Positions 62,009 to 64,000 of a DNA stretch of 64,000 nt are shown here, piece by piece. Positions within the stretch are counted from its first letter, which is position 1, and the number at the start of each line of letters is the position of its first letter. The position numbers and the translations under genes are program-made. Source of the stretch: Octopus sinensis (taxonomy: Eukaryota); assembly GCF_006345805.1 (NCBI RefSeq), contig NC_043003.1:14694001-14758000 (forward strand), written 5' to 3'. The notes under the pieces are model-generated. The model saw only the letters and a program-made list of their open reading frames with translations. It made no database searches and was not told the DNA's origin.

Positions 62009-64000
62009 ATGTTCAAGGCATTTACTGCAGTGATATCGCAAAGGTTGAACAAGCACCTGGACGAAAACAAACTGTTCCCAGAAGAGCAGAAAGGATGCCG
62101 CAAAGGCTCATATGGCTGTAAAGATCAACTAATGATTAATAAAGCCATAACTGAAGACAGCCACAGAAAGAAGAAAGGCCTCAGTATGGCCTGGATTGAC
62201 TACAAAAAGGCGTTTGATAGCATTCCCCACACATGGATCCTCGAAATACTAGCCATTAACAAAGTAGCACCAACAATCATAAAATCATAGAGCACTCTAT
62301 GAATAAATAGCAAACAGTCCTACACCTCCAAACAAAGAGGGACTCATGAAAACCAGACATCCTCCCATTAGAAGAGGAATATTCCAGGGAGACACGCTCT
62401 CTCCACTCCTTTTCTGCTTGGCACTGTCACCTCTATCTGATATACTAAATAGAACTGATGCGGATATAAATGTTACAGTAAAACGATCAGCCACCTTTTA
62501 TATATGGATGACCTAAAACTATACGCTGCAAATGACAAACAGCTGGAACACTATTAAAGACAGTTAATGGATTTACCAAAGAAATAGATATGAAATTTGG
62601 ATTAGAAAAATGCGCCAAAGTAACCATGAAAAGAGGAAAACTAGTTAAGAGTAGCAACATCACACTAGATAAAACCAATGAAATAAAAGAATTAGACCAA
62701 AGCCAAACTTACAAATACTTAGGAATCCATGAACTAGATAAGACACAACACACACAAATGAAAGAGAAAATAAAAAAGAATATTATAGACGAGTTAGATC
62801 AATACTAAAAACAGAGCTCAATGCTAAAAACAAGATAATAGGTATTAACACTTTAGCTCCCAGTTATAAGTTACAGCTACAATATCCTTAACTGGACACG
62901 AAATGAACTGACCAAATAGATAGGAAAACAAGAAAAATAATGACAGGATCTAGGATGCATCACCCAAAATCTGACATAGAAAGACTATATATACAACGTA
63001 TAGAAGGTGGTAGAGGCCTTATACAGCTGGAAAACTACTATAAAATAACCACCATAGGACTGCAAAAATATCTACTTCAGAAGGAAGGAAAACTGATACA
63101 AATAGTGGCAAAACACGAGCAAAACAAAAAACTGTTCTCAGTATTTAAGGAAGCTGACAAATACAAACAAGAAATCATACCACCTAACAAATATAAAGAA
63201 GAAGAAGAAGAAGAAGAAGATGAAGAAACAACAAAAGCTATAAAACAAATGAAATCCAAACTAAAAATAGAACAGCAACGAACCATGATAAAACGATGGC
63301 AAGAAAAGCCCCTTCATGGTAAATACTGCACTAAACTAAACGCAAAAGAAATAGACAAAGAAAAATCCCAGCAATTGTTGAGAAGCTCAGGACTCAAAGC
63401 AGAAACAGAGGATTTTTAATTGCAGCACAAGACCAAAGCCTCCCCACCAGAAATTACCAAAAACATGTAATGAAAAGAAATATTGCAAGTAACTGCAGAA
63501 TATGTGGAGATGGACAAGAAACAATAAATCATATTATCTCTAGCTGCCCAGTCCTGGCTAAGAAGGAATATATTCACAGACATGACAGAGTTGGAACCTA
63601 CATACATTGGAAGCTATGCCAACATTATGGAATAACAACAGAAAAAAGATGGTATAGGCACACACCAGAAAAGGTCACAGAAAACGAGAAAGCAACCATA
63701 CTTTGGGATATGCCGATATACACAGATAGAGAAATAAGGCCAACAGACCAGATATAGTTGTCAGAGATCATGAAGAAAAAAAATGCTTTCTAATTGATGT
63801 ATCAATACGGAAGATGACAACGTGTCTCTAAAAGAAATGGAGAAACTCTCAAAATACAAAGACCTGGAAATAGAGGTAACTAGAATGTGGAATCTGAAAA
63901 CAGAAACAATTCCTATCATAGTAGGTGCATTAGGCATGATAAAAAAATATTCAGACAAATACATAACAAAAACACCAGGACTTACAAACACATATAACAT
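62009..64000 (+). mobile_element. R4/Dong-type non-LTR element, 5'-truncated, runs off the window
   Basis: RT motifs EEQKGCRK, WIDYKKAFDSIPH, RGIFQGD..SPL.F, LYMDDLKLY; CRICGDGQETINHIISSC, RHD; several stops and frameshifts; starts at the end of (TAA)9. Confidence 0.93.

Overview
AT-rich animal genomic DNA, most likely coleoid cephalopod (Octopus-like). This is inferred from the SINE/LINE families and microsatellite load, not from a database hit. No host protein-coding gene can be recognised; only a few weak splice-site-defined exon candidates exist, and nearly all ORFs in the supplied track are microsatellite artefacts. The window is a dense retroelement landscape. It holds five SINE-like families (labelled A, C, D, E, H here), many RTE-LINE 3' tails plus RT and C-terminal fragments, and R4/Dong-type RLE non-LTR elements sitting in (TAA)n, three of them in tandem. 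It also holds Penelope-like (PLE) RT and GIY-YIG relics, mariner/Tc1 deletion derivatives, and hAT, piggyBac-like and TA-flanked MITEs. Main discoveries: (1) about 20 minimal type-I hammerhead ribozyme (HHR) motifs of the PLE type from roughly ten sequence families, several with an intact catalytic core, some in inverted pairs and some with very long stem II inserts; (2) family H, a SINE-like element joining a tRNA-Ser-like Pol III head, a (TAA)n linker and a hammerhead-carrying tail, which integrates in PLE-style inverted arrangements; (3) a U6 snRNA retrocopy and a 5S rRNA pseudogene, each lying directly 5' of, and in the same orientation as, a family-A SINE head. All structures were folded and aligned by eye; coordinates of repeats are approximate.
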